From NCBI GenBank assembly GCA_052139735.1, contig JBKQWB010000038.1:37766-101765 (forward strand): 64,000 nucleotides of DNA. Direction: 5' to 3'. This DNA is from Smithella sp. GTDB taxonomy: Bacteria; Desulfobacterota; Syntrophia; Syntrophales; Smithellaceae. This document shows positions 8,253 through 18,577 of this stretch, piece by piece. The position numbers and the translations under genes are program-made. How positions within the stretch are numbered: position 1 is the stretch's first letter; every line of letters starts with the position of its first letter. Below the pieces are notes generated by a model. It was not told the origin of the DNA. It saw only the letters and a program-made list of their open reading frames with translations, and did not search any database.

Positions 8253-8990
8253 CTACTCCAATACACGACGACCGTTTTGCCCGGTGAAAGCCATTTTTAA
8301 TTCCGCCAGAGTTGGTTTTTCAAGCATAATCTTTGTCAGTGCCGTTCCAATGTCTTTTAAGTAATGGGCATCGGAGGAAGTTATAAATGAATAATTATTC
8401 AACTCCCTGTATTTAATTCGTGCCTGTTGAAGACCTGTTAAGGACGATATTTCCAACGCGTCAAAATGAATGCTTTCGTCAATAAAGCCGAGTTGGCTCA
8501 ATACACTGAAACTTTCTCTGTCTATATGAGAGGCAACTGCTAATCCGTTTTGCTCATGTACGTGGTTCAATAAATCATTTAATGGAATATCAGTGGCTCC
8601 GATTAATAATTTATCGTTTATTCCCTCGACCTCGCCATTTTCATTTACAATGGCCTGAACGCCGAAACGGTCTTCATCATTTTTTCCCGGCAGATGCTGA
8701 TAAACAATTTCCTGCAGCCTGGCTAAATCCGGCAAAGAATCGAATAGAGCTAAAAAATGCACTTCTTCACTTGTTGTTATTTCCATTCCGGGAAATATCT
8801 TTAAATTTTTTCCCCGGGCGGCATTGATGACGTAAGAAACATTTTCAGAAGAGTTGTGATCGCAAATGGCAAGAATATCGAGACCGGCGGCGATGGCTCT
8901 TTCTACCAGAGCTTTGGGATGCATATCCAATTCGGCGCAAGGTGAGAGACAAGTGTGAATGTGAAAATCACAATTAAAAACTTTAAGCAT
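8253..8990 (-). CDS. PHP-domain (polymerase/histidinol phosphatase-like) metal-dependent phosphoesterase
   Basis: 245 aa. It has the N-terminal CDFHIHTCLSPCA motif, then ILAICDHNS and SSDAHYL, which are typical PHP metal ligands. Confidence 0.75.
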   Translation of the reverse strand: MLKVFNCDFHIHTCLSPCAELDMHPKALVERAIAAGLDILAICDHNSSENVSYVINAARGKNLKIFPGMEITTSEEVHFLALFDSLPDLARLQEIVYQHLPGKNDEDRFGVQAIVNENGEVEGINDKLLIGATDIPLNDLLNHVHEQNGLAVASHIDRESFSVLSQLGFIDESIHFDALEISSLTGLQQARIKYRELNNYSFITSSDAHYLKDIGTALTKIMLEKPTLAELKMAFTGQNGRRVLE

Positions 8991-9053
8991 CGTCTTTTGG
9001 GGGAATTAAACAGACATGGCCAAAAGTCTGCGGCAGTTATAAAAACATTTCTG

Positions 9054-9398
9054 TTATTTTTCCGTTCTCAACAAGTTATAAATTCTACCTGTTAATTCGA
9101 ATGCGGACAAATTTGAAATCAGTATGGGGACATTCTCCTGAATGGCCTTTTCCAGAGTGTCTTTAGCCGGTTCGCAAGAATTAACCAGAATAACAGCCGC
9201 GTGCTCTTTCAAGGTGGCTATGGCAACGATATTTTGGTGCACCTGTCGTGTTATCCAGATATCTCCTTCGTGAGAATTTGCCATTACATCGCTTAAGAGA
9301 TCTCCCGTATAACCTCCTTTAACATTATTATTCTTAATTCTGTCTAATGCAGATACTACTTTTAAATTTAATTCTTTTGCTATGGTTGCGATGTCCAT
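9054..9398 (-). CDS. DRTGG-domain protein (short, divergent copy)
   Basis: 114 aa. Core YTGDLLSDVMAN...AAVILVNSCEP...ENVPILIS aligns with the two other DRTGG-like ORFs in this locus. Confidence 0.6.
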   Translation of the reverse strand: MDIATIAKELNLKVVSALDRIKNNNVKGGYTGDLLSDVMANSHEGDIWITRQVHQNIVAIATLKEHAAVILVNSCEPAKDTLEKAIQENVPILISNLSAFELTGRIYNLLRTEK

Positions 9399-9408
9399 TA
9401 TATATCCT

Positions 9409-9876
9409 TTATATATCCTTTGTTAATTGAGTAGCGTTAATGATCATTCTTAAAGAAGTTCCTTTGTTCACTTCCGATGAGATATCGAATTTGTCAGAGT
9501 AGAAATTGATATTGTGAAGTCCCATGCCGGCGCCGAACCCCATTTCTCTTATTTGCTGACTGGCAGTAGAATAACCTTGTTCCATTGCCTGTTCAATATT
9601 GGGTATTCCGGGCCCTTCATCAGCTGCTTCAATCTCGACATTTTCCGGGGTGACTGTAAGATTGATAAATCCTTTTCTGGCGTAAGAAACGATATTGATT
9701 TCGGCTTCATAAGACACAATGGCGGACTTTCGAACAACATCGCTCGGCAGTCCTTTTTCTTTTAGGATAGCTTTTATGCGCATAGAAACTGTCCCAGCGA
9801 CATTAAAATTACCGCCCTCAATATTAAAGCTATACTTATTAAAAGTGTTTTCAGGTTTGTTCACTACCGGTATCAA
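9409..9876 (-). CDS. Anti-sigma-factor-type Ser/Thr kinase-like ATPase (SpoIIAB/RsbW-like HATPase)
   Basis: 155 aa with YEAEINIVSYA (N-box-like), DEGPGIP (G1) and GFGAGMGLHNI (G2). It overlaps the upstream DRTGG gene by 26 nt. Confidence 0.65.
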   Translation of the reverse strand: MIPVVNKPENTFNKYSFNIEGGNFNVAGTVSMRIKAILKEKGLPSDVVRKSAIVSYEAEINIVSYARKGFINLTVTPENVEIEAADEGPGIPNIEQAMEQGYSTASQQIREMGFGAGMGLHNINFYSDKFDISSEVNKGTSLRMIINATQLTKDI

Positions 9877-10225
9877 CTTTTTCCAGACAGCCGACTATGC
9901 CTTTTGCGTAAAGACGGCCCGCCGTTTCGAATAAAATGTATTTTGTCGTTAAAATGGGAATTTGAAGACTCTTAGCCATAGATATGGTTTCTGCAGGCGG
10001 TTTTTTACCGCGAACTAAAATTATCGCGGCCATATCGAGAACATTGGCGATTCTCACAACCTGCGTATTAGTCAAGCCGGTCAACAAAAGACAGCCCGCC
10101 TTCGCAAAGGAAAGGACATCGCTCATTAAGTCTGCTCCAAAAGCGGTTGTGACTTCAATATCTAGTTTTTCATCACCAACAATAACGTCGGCATCTAATA
10201 TTTCTTTAACTTCTCTTAGTTTCAA
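9851..10225 (-). CDS. DRTGG-domain protein, paralog A
   Basis: 124 aa, TTG start behind GAGGAA. Motifs FGADLMSDVL, LLLTGLTN and AAIILVRGKKP...IPILTT. About three quarters of residues match the ORF at 10485-10862. Confidence 0.6.
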   Translation of the reverse strand: MKLREVKEILDADVIVGDEKLDIEVTTAFGADLMSDVLSFAKAGCLLLTGLTNTQVVRIANVLDMAAIILVRGKKPPAETISMAKSLQIPILTTKYILFETAGRLYAKGIVGCLEKVDTGSEQT

Positions 10226-10484
10226 TACCCATTCCTCATACAGAAAAAATCCGGCGATTTCTTTTTAAAATATAGAAAACATTTTATTTTCCACTATCAT
10301 ATATTAAACTTTATTGTCAATGAAATCATTTTGGTAACTGGATTATACATTCAGTAAATGAATCGCCGTATTGTCCGCGTTCGATGAATTTTAAATCCAA
10401 CTTACTGAAGATGTTTTAGCGGCATTAGCAAAAAATATAATTTCCCAATTAATCCTCTTTAGTTCATCAAAAGAGTTCCGATAT

Positions 10485-10862
10485 TTATTTGTTGTGAAAA
10501 CTGTCACTGTCGACTTTTTTCAGGCAACCAACAATACCTTTACTATAAAGGATACCGGCTGTTTCAAATAAAATATATCGCGTAGTTAAAATCGGAATTT
10601 GAAGTTCTTTAGCCATGTCGATAGCTTCAGTAGAGGGTTCTTTTCCTCTAACGATGATAATAGCGGCAATATGCTTGGCCGCAGCCGTTTTAATGACCTG
10701 AGCATTTGTTAAGCCGGTCAATAAAAGACTTCCCGCTTTGGCAAAAGCCATTACATCGCTCATCAAATCAGCTCCAAAAGCCGTAGAAACCTCAATATCT
10801 AATTGCCCCTTGCCGACGATTAAATCAGCATCCAATACTTCTTTAACTTCTCTTAGCTTCAA
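10485..10862 (-). CDS. DRTGG-domain protein, paralog B
   Basis: 125 aa, TTG start behind GGAG. It is colinear with paralog A over its full length (MKLREVKE[IV]LDAD...ILFETAG.LY.KGIVGCL.KVD). Confidence 0.6.
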   Translation of the reverse strand: MKLREVKEVLDADLIVGKGQLDIEVSTAFGADLMSDVMAFAKAGSLLLTGLTNAQVIKTAAAKHIAAIIIVRGKEPSTEAIDMAKELQIPILTTRYILFETAGILYSKGIVGCLKKVDSDSFHNK

Positions 10863-11099
10863 ATAAACTCCTTATAGATAAGAAACTTGACGTTTATTGT
10901 TTGGGATGTACAAAGTGTTTGATTATATTAAAAATGTCGTATTAATCAATACTTACTTAAGTATATCCTACCATAAATTAATATTCAATGTCAATGAGAT
11001 TATTATGGGAAATGAACGATGTTCAATTTGTGACCGCCAGTTTTTTTTCTTAAAAAAATTAATTGTGAGATTATAGTAAAAATACGGCTGCATTTACCC

Positions 11100-11127
11100 T
11101 TGACATGGTTTTACTGTAATGATAATG
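11100..11127 (+). promoter_or_regulatory. Sigma70-type promoter for tRNA-Pro
   Basis: TTGACA at 11100-11105, a 16 nt spacer, then ATAATG at 11122-11127, about 20 nt upstream of the tRNA. Confidence 0.5.
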
Positions 11128-11147
11128 ACCTGCACACTTTAGCATGT

Positions 11148-11224
11148 CGGGGCGTGGCGCAGTCTGGTAGCGTATCTGAATGGGGTTCAGAGGGCCGGTG
11201 GTTCAAATCCACTCGCCCCGACCA
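11148..11224 (+). tRNA. tRNA-Pro (anticodon GGG)
   Basis: Hand-folded cloverleaf, 77 nt. Acceptor cggggcg/cgccccg, anticodon stem tctga/tcaga, loop atGGGgt, T-loop ttcaaat, encoded CCA. Confidence 0.9.
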
Positions 11225-11476
11225 GTAAAATCAAGGGGTTAGCCAATAGTTTGGTTACCCCTTTATCTTTAACTACATTTTTTTCAATCTTTTAAGTCCA
11301 TAAAGAAATTATATTTTACCAGGTTAATCTATTTTCGATTAGCGTTTATGGCAGGCATAATATTCATGAAGACATTTTTCTTGCATAAAAGCGGATAATC
11401 AAATACATAAAATCCCCTAAAGCTTCAAAAAGCTTAATCTGACTGGTTTTGTTAGTAATTTCAAAAATAATCCGCG

Positions 11477-11506
11477 TTGACATTCTTATGCGTAATGAAT
11501 TATAAA
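11477..11506 (+). promoter_or_regulatory. Sigma70-type promoter for tRNA-Leu (and possibly tig)
   Basis: TTGACA at 11477-11482, a 17-18 nt spacer, then TTATAA/TATAAA at 11500-11506, about 10 nt before the tRNA. Confidence 0.55.
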
Positions 11507-11515
11507 AGTCCAGGA

Positions 11516-11602
11516 GCGAGAGTGGCGGAATTGGCAGACGCACTGGACTTAGGATCCAGCCCGCTATGCGGAATAGGGGTTCAAGTCCCCTCTCTCGCAC
11601 CA
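11516..11602 (+). tRNA. tRNA-Leu (anticodon TAG)
   Basis: 87 nt class II tRNA. Acceptor gcgagag/ctctcgc, anticodon stem ctgga/tccag, loop ctTAGga, long variable arm cccgctatgcggaat, T arm agggg-ttcaagt-cccct, encoded CCA. Confidence 0.9.
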
Positions 11603-11652
11603 GTCTTAAAGAAGAGTTTTGTAAATATTTCAATGAAAAAGGAGATATTATC

Positions 11653-12975
11653 GTGAGTCAGGTTCAGATCAAGATGGAAGAATTGAGTCCAGTTAAGAAA
11701 AAATTATCATTTGAAATACCCTGGAGTGAGGTTAAAAATGAACTGGATGCTGTATATCATGAGGTTAATAAGAAAGCTAAAATTAAAGGTTTTCGTCCGG
11801 GCAAAATTCCACGCAAGATTTTAGAAACTTATTATAAGGATCATGCCCAGGAAGAAGCGACAACCAATATTGTGAACAAATATTACTGGCAAGCGTTGGA
11901 AGACAAGGGAATTGTTGCTGTTTCGCGACCCGAAATAAGTCAGGAAGGAATAAAAGAAAATACAGATTTTTCTTTTTCTGCTTCGTTCGAAATGGAACCG
12001 GAGTTTGAACCTAAAGGTTATAAAGGAATCGAATTAGAAAAAGAAGAACTTAAAGTAACCGATAATGATGTTAAAAAAAGAATTAACGAAATAAGAGAAA
12101 TGTTTGCGACGATGGAGGAGGTCAAAGATGATCGACCCGTTGTCAATGCTGATTTTGTTGTGATTGATTTTGCAGGGAGTTTAAACGGAGAATTATACAA
12201 AGAATTAAAAACGGAAGACTATTTACTGGAAATCGGATCACAGAGATTTGTTCCGGGTTTTGAGGAACAATTGATTGGTATGAAAAACGGGGAAATAAAG
12301 GAAATTAAAGTAACTTTCCCTGCTGACTATCACGAAAATAAATTTGCCGGCAAAGAGATAATTTTCAATGTAACATTGAAAGGCATAAAGGAGAAGAAAT
12401 TACCTGAAACGGATGATAACTTTATCAAAAATTTCGACAGGTACAATTCTTTGGAAGATTTAAAAAACGATGTGCGTAAAACTTTGGAAGAAAAATTTCA
12501 CCGCCAGGCGGAAATTAATCTGCAAAACAGAATTACAGAAATATTGATAAAAGAAAATGATTTTGAAGTTCCCTCTTCGCTTGTTGAAAGGCAGATTTAT
12601 TATATGATGACTGATACTCAAAAAAGAATGGTTTCTGCCGGTATGGATGAAAAAAATGCTCTGGAATTAAGCTTTAAGATGCATGATAAATTCAAAGATG
12701 ACGCGGCTAAAATCGTCAAATCTTTTTTACTTTTAAAAAAAATAGCCCAAAAAGAGTCATTTGTCGTTGAAGAAAACGATGTAGATAAATATATTCAGGA
12801 ATTAGCTGTTCAGAATGGCCAGGATTACGAATTATTAAAGAAAATGTACGATAGTGAAGAACGTAAAGACAGTCTTAAAATGGAGTTGATTCAAAAAAAG
12901 ACATTTGACTTTATAGAGCACAATGCCAATATTAAGACCGTAGAAAACAATGGTATGAATGCGGAGGTTAAATAG
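11653..12975 (+). CDS. tig: Trigger factor
   Basis: I chose the GTG start at 11653 behind AAAGGAGA. The ORF-track start at 11566 lies inside tRNA-Leu. The product has an N-terminal ribosome-binding region ([13 protein letters not shown]) and an FKBP PPIase region ([18 protein letters not shown]). Confidence 0.9.
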   Translation: MSQVQIKMEELSPVKKKLSFEIPWSEVKNELDAVYHEVNKKAKIKGFRPGKIPRKILETYYKDHAQEEATTNIVNKYYWQALEDKGIVAVSRPEISQEGIKENTDFSFSASFEMEPEFEPKGYKGIELEKEELKVTDNDVKKRINEIREMFATMEEVKDDRPVVNADFVVIDFAGSLNGELYKELKTEDYLLEIGSQRFVPGFEEQLIGMKNGEIKEIKVTFPADYHENKFAGKEIIFNVTLKGIKEKKLPETDDNFIKNFDRYNSLEDLKNDVRKTLEEKFHRQAEINLQNRITEILIKENDFEVPSSLVERQIYYMMTDTQKRMVSAGMDEKNALELSFKMHDKFKDDAAKIVKSFLLLKKIAQKESFVVEENDVDKYIQELAVQNGQDYELLKKMYDSEERKDSLKMELIQKKTFDFIEHNANIKTVENNGMNAEVK

Positions 12976-13589
12976 TGACTTTGATTCCCATGGTGGTTGA
13001 GCAAGACGGGCGAGGCGAACGGGCGTACGATATTTATTCACGTTTGTTGAAAGATCGCATAGTTTTTCTGGGTACAGCGATTGATGATAATGTGGCCAAT
13101 TTAATTGTTGCTCAAATGCTGTATCTGGAAGCTGACAACCCGGATAAGGAGATCTTTTTTTATTTAAATTCTCCCGGAGGGAGTGTGAGTGCCGGGATGG
13201 CCATTTATGATACAATGCAGTACATTAAATCACCGATTTCGACTGTTTGCATGGGACAATCAGCCAGCATGGCCGCGTTACTTTTAGCAGCAGGAGAAAA
13301 GAAAAAAAGATTTGCCCTGCCTCACTCGAGAATTTTAATCCATCAACCGTTGGGAGGGTTTCAGGGACAGGCGACGGACATTGACATTCAGGCAAGAGAA
13401 ATATTAAGATTAAAGGATGAGTTAAACAAAATACTGGCTGATTTAACAGGACAGCCGCTTCCCAAGATTATTAATGACACGGAACGCGATTATTATATGA
13501 CTGGTGAACAAGCTAAAGAATATGGTTTGATCGATGAAATCATAGTTCGCAAGCCGACTTCTTCAGGTAACACAAAAAAGGAGATTTAA
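12975..13589 (+). CDS. clpP: ATP-dependent Clp protease proteolytic subunit
   Basis: 204 aa with [19 protein letters not shown] and the catalytic Ser context [14 protein letters not shown], plus RILIHQP. Confidence 0.95.
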   Translation: MTLIPMVVEQDGRGERAYDIYSRLLKDRIVFLGTAIDDNVANLIVAQMLYLEADNPDKEIFFYLNSPGGSVSAGMAIYDTMQYIKSPISTVCMGQSASMAALLLAAGEKKKRFALPHSRILIHQPLGGFQGQATDIDIQAREILRLKDELNKILADLTGQPLPKIINDTERDYYMTGEQAKEYGLIDEIIVRKPTSSGNTKKEI

Positions 13590-14852
13590 GTGATAAAAAA
13601 AGGCAAAAATAATAGAATGGATGATGGAATGCTTTTTTGTTCTTTTTGCGGAAAAATGCAAAGTGAAGTGCGAAAACTGGTTGCCGGTCCGACAGCCTAT
13701 ATTTGCGATGAATGCATTGAACTTTGCCGGTATATTGTTGAGGAAGAAGAAGATAAACTTGTAGAAAAAGATTCCCCGAAGGGTTTGCCCTATCCGAAAG
13801 AAATTAAAAAATTTTTAGACCAGTATGTAATTGGTCAGGAAAAAACAAAGAAAATATTGTCGGTTGCCGTTTATAATCATTATAAAAGATTATTTTCTCA
13901 TATTGAGGCCGATGGGATAGAAATTCAAAAAAGCAATGTGCTTTTAATCGGTCCCACAGGTTCGGGTAAAACATTGCTGGCTAAAACTCTGGCAAAATTT
14001 CTTAATGTTCCTTTCACAATCGCTGATGCTACAACTTTGACTGAAGCCGGATATGTTGGGGAAGATGTAGAAAATATTATTTTAAGCTTGCTGCAAAATG
14101 CCGATTATGATGTTGCCAGAGCGTCAAAAGGAATTGTTTACATTGATGAGATAGACAAGATTGCGAAAAAATCGGGAAATCCTTCCATAACCAGAGATGT
14201 TTCCGGTGAAGGAGTCCAACAGGCCTTGTTGAAGATTATGGAAGGAACAATGGCCAATATACCCCCCAAAGGCGGCCGTAAACATCCTCAACAAGAGTTT
14301 ATTCAGGTAGATACAACAAATATATTATTTATTTGCGGCGGCGCTTTTAATGATCTGGAAAACATCATTTCCAAACGATTGGGAGTTAATGCGATGGGTT
14401 TCGGCGCCGAAATAAAAAGTAAGAAAGAAAAAAGGGTTGGTGAATTGCTGGCCGAAGTACGATCGGAAGATTTATTGAAAGTCGGATTAATACCTGAATT
14501 TATCGGACGATTGCCGGTTATTGCCACGCTCGATGAGTTGGATGAATCGGCATTAATCAAAATTCTGGTTGAGCCGAAAGACGCTATTATAAAACAATAT
14601 AAAAAATTGTTTGCTTTGGAAAATGTATCCCTGAAATTTACAGACGGGGCCCTGAGAGCTGTAGCCGGTTTATCAACGGAAAGAAAATCCGGCGCCCGCG
14701 GTTTGCGATCAATTCTGGAAAACACAATGTTAGAAGTTATGTATGATATTCCTTCACAAAATAATATTAAGGAATGTGTTATTAGTGAAGAAGTCGTATT
14801 AAAAAAAGAAAAACCAATTTTGATTTACGAAACTAAATCTGAATCTGCTTAA
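13590..14852 (+). CDS. clpX: ATP-dependent Clp protease ATP-binding subunit ClpX
   Basis: 420 aa. Zinc-binding CSFCGK...CDEC, Walker A GPTGSGKT, Walker [12 protein letters not shown] start behind AAGGAG. Confidence 0.95.
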   Translation: MIKKGKNNRMDDGMLFCSFCGKMQSEVRKLVAGPTAYICDECIELCRYIVEEEEDKLVEKDSPKGLPYPKEIKKFLDQYVIGQEKTKKILSVAVYNHYKRLFSHIEADGIEIQKSNVLLIGPTGSGKTLLAKTLAKFLNVPFTIADATTLTEAGYVGEDVENIILSLLQNADYDVARASKGIVYIDEIDKIAKKSGNPSITRDVSGEGVQQALLKIMEGTMANIPPKGGRKHPQQEFIQVDTTNILFICGGAFNDLENIISKRLGVNAMGFGAEIKSKKEKRVGELLAEVRSEDLLKVGLIPEFIGRLPVIATLDELDESALIKILVEPKDAIIKQYKKLFALENVSLKFTDGALRAVAGLSTERKSGARGLRSILENTMLEVMYDIPSQNNIKECVISEEVVLKKEKPILIYETKSESA

Positions 14853-14872
14853 AGGAATAAACAAGGAAAAAT

Positions 14873-17278
14873 ATGTTTAATGAAAATAAAGACAATGATC
14901 AGGATAAAACAATAACGATTCCTCTCCTGCCGCTGAGAGATGTTGTTATGTTTCCACATATGATTGTGCCTCTGTTTGTCGGGCGCGAAAAATCTATTGC
15001 CGCGCTGGAATCAGCGATGAAATACGAAAAAAGTATTTTCATGGTTGCCCAGAAGAATGCCAAAGATGATGACCCCAAACAGGAAGATATTTATCATATC
15101 GGCACAATCGGCATAATCATTCAACTTTTGCGTTTGCCTGATGGGACAGTCAAGGTGCTTGTCGAAGGGAAAACTCGCGGCGTCATAAAAGAATATTTAC
15201 CCAACAATGATTTTTTCCTGGTTAAAGTAAATGAGATTGAGGATATTGATGATAAAAATGACGTGAAAAAGCAAGCTCTGATACGAAGCATTAAAGAATC
15301 TTTTGAGCTTTATCTGAAACTCAGTAAAAAAATCCATGTTGAAATGCTGGGGACAATTGCCGCTATTGAAGATGGCTCAAAGCTGGCCGATGTCGTTATT
15401 ACTCACCTTAATGTGAAACTTGAAGATAAGCAGAAAATTATAGAGGTGTTTGACATCGGCGAACGACTGGAAGCAATTTATTCTCTGATGCTTTCAGAAA
15501 TCGAAATCCTGCAGGTTGAAGAAAAGATCAAGAGACGCGTTAAAAAGCAGATGGAAAAGACGCAAAAAGATTATTATCTCAACGAACAAATGCGGGCCAT
15601 TCAGAAGGAAATGGGAGACAAAGATGATTTCCGCAACGAGATAAACGATTTAGAAAAACGTTTGAAGCAAAAGAAAATGTCGGAAGAGGCAGTGAAAAAG
15701 GTCCGGCAGGAAATTAAAAAATTACAAATGATGACCCCCATGTCCGCAGAAGCTACGGTAGTCAGAAATTATATTGACTGGATACTGGACATGCCGTGGT
15801 CGGAAAAAACAGAAAATAAAAACACACTGAAGGAATCCGAGGCGATTCTGGATGAAGATCATTTTGGATTGAAAAATGTAAAAGAACGCATTATCGAGTA
15901 CCTTGCCGTACAATCTCTGGTTAAGAAAAATAAAGGTTCGATTTTGTGTCTTGTTGGTCCTCCGGGCGTAGGAAAGACTTCTATCGCTAAATCGGTTGCC
16001 AGGGCTACAAATAGGAAATTTGTTCGTATCTCTCTGGGAGGTGTTCATGATGAAGCGGAAATTCGAGGCCATCGTAGAACTTATATCGGAGCTATGCCCG
16101 GGAAGATTATTCAGTTGTTAAAAAAAGCCGGTTCCAACAATCCTGTTTTTTGTCTGGATGAAGTAGATAAGGTCAGCTCTGATTTTAGAGGAGATCCTTC
16201 ATCCGCTCTGCTGGAAGTTCTGGATCCGGAACAGAACTTTGCGTTTAATGATAATTATCTTGATGTTGATTATGATTTGTCGGAAATCATGTTTATTACG
16301 ACGGCAAATATTTTGCAGACAATACCGGCTCCGTTGCAGGACAGAATGGAAGTAATCAGGATTGCCGGATACACGGAACCGGAGAAACTGCAAATAGCGA
16401 AAAAATTTCTAATCACCAAGCAGGTAGAAGCTAATGGTCTGAAAATTGAAAATATCGAATTCACTAATGGAGCGTTGCTGAAAATTATCCGTCAATACAC
16501 ACGGGAAGCCGGCGTGCGCAATCTTGATCGGGAGATTGCCTCCATTTGCCGGAAAGTGGCCAAAGAAATAGTGAGCAATGATAATAAAAAAAGAGTGTTT
16601 ATCAGTTCAACATCCATATCCAAGTATTTGGGCGTGCCCAAATATCATCATGGCGAAATGGAAGAAAAAAGCAAGATTGGCCTGACAGTCGGATTGGCCT
16701 GGACAGAAGTCGGCGGAGAACTTTTATCAATTGAAGCCTCAATTATGGAAGGTACCGGCAAGATGATAATGACAGGTAAATTAGGCGATGTGATGCAGGA
16801 ATCGGTTCAGGCTGCACTGAGTTATATTCGCGCCCGCGCCGAACAATTCGGGCTGGCAAAGAATTTTTATAAAAAAATTGATATTCATGTGCATGTTCCG
16901 GAAGGAGCAATTCCCAAGGATGGCCCCTCTGCAGGCATTGCCATGACTACTTCCATAGCGTCAGTTCTCATGCAGAAAAAAGTGCGTGCGGATATCGCTA
17001 TGACCGGTGAAATTACATTAAGAGGTAGAATTTTGCCGATTGGCGGACTCAAGGAAAAAATCCTTGCGGCTCACAGGGGTAATATTAAAACAGTGATCAT
17101 TCCGAAAGATAATGAAAGGGACCTGGCGGAAGTTCCCAAAAATGTGCAGAATGCGCTGAAAATTATTTTTGTCGAGCATATTGATGAAGTTATGAAAATT
17201 GCATTTGTTCAGGATGAAGAGGATATTAGGCCACCAAGTCCGGCAGATGTTCCCATAAGTTCCCAATCAGTGAATTAA
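14873..17278 (+). CDS. lon: Lon protease
   Basis: 801 aa. Walker [10 protein letters not shown], Walker B FCLDEVDK, and the protease active-site context [14 protein letters not shown]. Confidence 0.95.
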   Translation: MFNENKDNDQDKTITIPLLPLRDVVMFPHMIVPLFVGREKSIAALESAMKYEKSIFMVAQKNAKDDDPKQEDIYHIGTIGIIIQLLRLPDGTVKVLVEGKTRGVIKEYLPNNDFFLVKVNEIEDIDDKNDVKKQALIRSIKESFELYLKLSKKIHVEMLGTIAAIEDGSKLADVVITHLNVKLEDKQKIIEVFDIGERLEAIYSLMLSEIEILQVEEKIKRRVKKQMEKTQKDYYLNEQMRAIQKEMGDKDDFRNEINDLEKRLKQKKMSEEAVKKVRQEIKKLQMMTPMSAEATVVRNYIDWILDMPWSEKTENKNTLKESEAILDEDHFGLKNVKERIIEYLAVQSLVKKNKGSILCLVGPPGVGKTSIAKSVARATNRKFVRISLGGVHDEAEIRGHRRTYIGAMPGKIIQLLKKAGSNNPVFCLDEVDKVSSDFRGDPSSALLEVLDPEQNFAFNDNYLDVDYDLSEIMFITTANILQTIPAPLQDRMEVIRIAGYTEPEKLQIAKKFLITKQVEANGLKIENIEFTNGALLKIIRQYTREAGVRNLDREIASICRKVAKEIVSNDNKKRVFISSTSISKYLGVPKYHHGEMEEKSKIGLTVGLAWTEVGGELLSIEASIMEGTGKMIMTGKLGDVMQESVQAALSYIRARAEQFGLAKNFYKKIDIHVHVPEGAIPKDGPSAGIAMTTSIASVLMQKKVRADIAMTGEITLRGRILPIGGLKEKILAAHRGNIKTVIIPKDNERDLAEVPKNVQNALKIIFVEHIDEVMKIAFVQDEEDIRPPSPADVPISSQSVN

Positions 17279-17355
17279 AAGGTTTTAAGAGCTTTTATGA
17301 CTTGACAAGCAATATCAATGTTGCTAGAAGCCTCACAGCGTTTTTGGTGTATTAC

Positions 17356-17431
17356 GGGCGGGTAGCTCAGCTGGGAGAGCGCCACGCTTACACCGTGGAT
17401 GTCACAGGTTCGATCCCTGTTCCGCCTACCA
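17356..17431 (+). tRNA. tRNA-Val (anticodon TAC)
   Basis: 76 nt. D arm gctc-agctggga-gagc, anticodon stem ccacg/cgtgg, loop ctTACac, T arm acagg-ttcgatc-cctgt, encoded CCA. A possible TTGACA lies at 17302-17307 upstream. Confidence 0.9.
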
Positions 17432-17476
17432 ATTATGCTGAATTGAAAAAGTGACATAAAATTAAAATGATTTTTT

Positions 17477-17553
17477 GGGGTCGTAGTTAAGTTGGTTATA
17501 ACGCCGGCCTGTCACGCCGGAGGGCGTGGGTTCAAGTCCCATCGGCCCCGCCA
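17477..17553 (+). tRNA. tRNA-Asp (anticodon GTC)
   Basis: 77 nt. Acceptor ggggtcg/cggcccc, anticodon stem ccggc/gccgg, loop ctGTCac, T arm gtggg-ttcaagt-cccat, encoded CCA. Confidence 0.9.
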
Positions 17554-17563
17554 GAAAATCTAA

Positions 17564-17595
17564 GGGAGCCATTAATAATGGCTCCCTTTTTATTT
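17564..17595 (+). terminator. Rho-independent terminator after the tRNA pair
   Basis: Stem gggagccatt / aatggctccc with a 3 nt loop, followed by TTTTTATTTT. Confidence 0.8.
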
Positions 17596-17687
17596 TAGGC
17601 TTTTGAGCCTTGCTTTTTGTCAGGCTCTGATATAAAAATAATCCTATAGATTATTATAAATTTTAAAAGGAAAACAAAGATCATACT

Positions 17688-18560
17688 ATGGATTATGAAG
17701 GATTAATAATAAGGCCGCCGAGTGAAGCTTATAGTTTACTTTTGCAGGTGACTACTGGCTGTTCACATAATAAATGCACATTTTGCGGAACTTACCGGCA
17801 GAAAAAGTTAAAGATTAAACCCCTGGAACAAATAAAAAAAGATCTGCGTGAAGCCAGTTCCTATGATGATGTGGATAAAGTATTTTTATGTGATGGCGAT
17901 GCTTTGATTATACCGCAGCCACGACTTGAAGAAATACTTAAACTAATTAATGATAACCTACCGAATATAAATAGAATAGGAACTTATGCCAATGCCAAGA
18001 GCATATTAAGAAAAAGCGTTGATGAATTAAAGACGCTCAGGTCACTGGGCTTAAAGATAATTTATTTAGGTGTAGAGACAGGTAACGTCGAATTACTTAA
18101 AAAAATCAATAAGGGCGTAACTTACGAACAAATGGTAACGGCAGCGCGTCGTGTTAAAGAAGCCGGCATTATACTTTCTGTAACGGTAATATTGGGGCTG
18201 GGTGGTATTGAGAAAAGCATTGAACATGCGCGTGATACGGCAAAAATTTTAACAGATATTGATCCGGACTACGCTGGCGCTCTTACTTTAATGTTCGTGC
18301 CGGAAACAGAATTATATGAAGATTATCTTGCGGGCCGTTTTGTTTTACCTGATAAGTTTGGTTTTATCCGTGAGCTTTATTTGATGATCGCCGAATCCAA
18401 TTTTACAAATTGCTATTTCACTTCTAACCATGCGTCTAATTATTTATCGGTAAAAGCCCATCTGCCCCGGGAAAAAGAAAAAATCTTAAAAATGATCAGT
18501 TCAGTAATCAAGGAAGAAGACTTAAGCCGGATCAGACCGGAGTATTTACGCGGCTTATAA
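17688..18560 (+). CDS. Radical SAM domain protein (Elp3-like core), function unknown
   Basis: 290 aa with the Cys triad GCSHNKCTFCG near the N-terminus (spacing C-x4-C-x2-C as read from the DNA), then DGDALII and YLGVETGN, typical of the radical SAM TIM barrel. Confidence 0.7.
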   Translation: MDYEGLIIRPPSEAYSLLLQVTTGCSHNKCTFCGTYRQKKLKIKPLEQIKKDLREASSYDDVDKVFLCDGDALIIPQPRLEEILKLINDNLPNINRIGTYANAKSILRKSVDELKTLRSLGLKIIYLGVETGNVELLKKINKGVTYEQMVTAARRVKEAGIILSVTVILGLGGIEKSIEHARDTAKILTDIDPDYAGALTLMFVPETELYEDYLAGRFVLPDKFGFIRELYLMIAESNFTNCYFTSNHASNYLSVKAHLPREKEKILKMISSVIKEEDLSRIRPEYLRGL

Positions 18561-18577
18561 TTCGGGGAGAAGTATTT

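Noticed and set aside
11364-11652. ORF 11364..11633 (-) and the N-terminal extension of tig from 11566
   Set aside because: Both run through the tRNA-Leu gene (11516-11602). tig has a good GTG start with an AAAGGAGA RBS at 11653.
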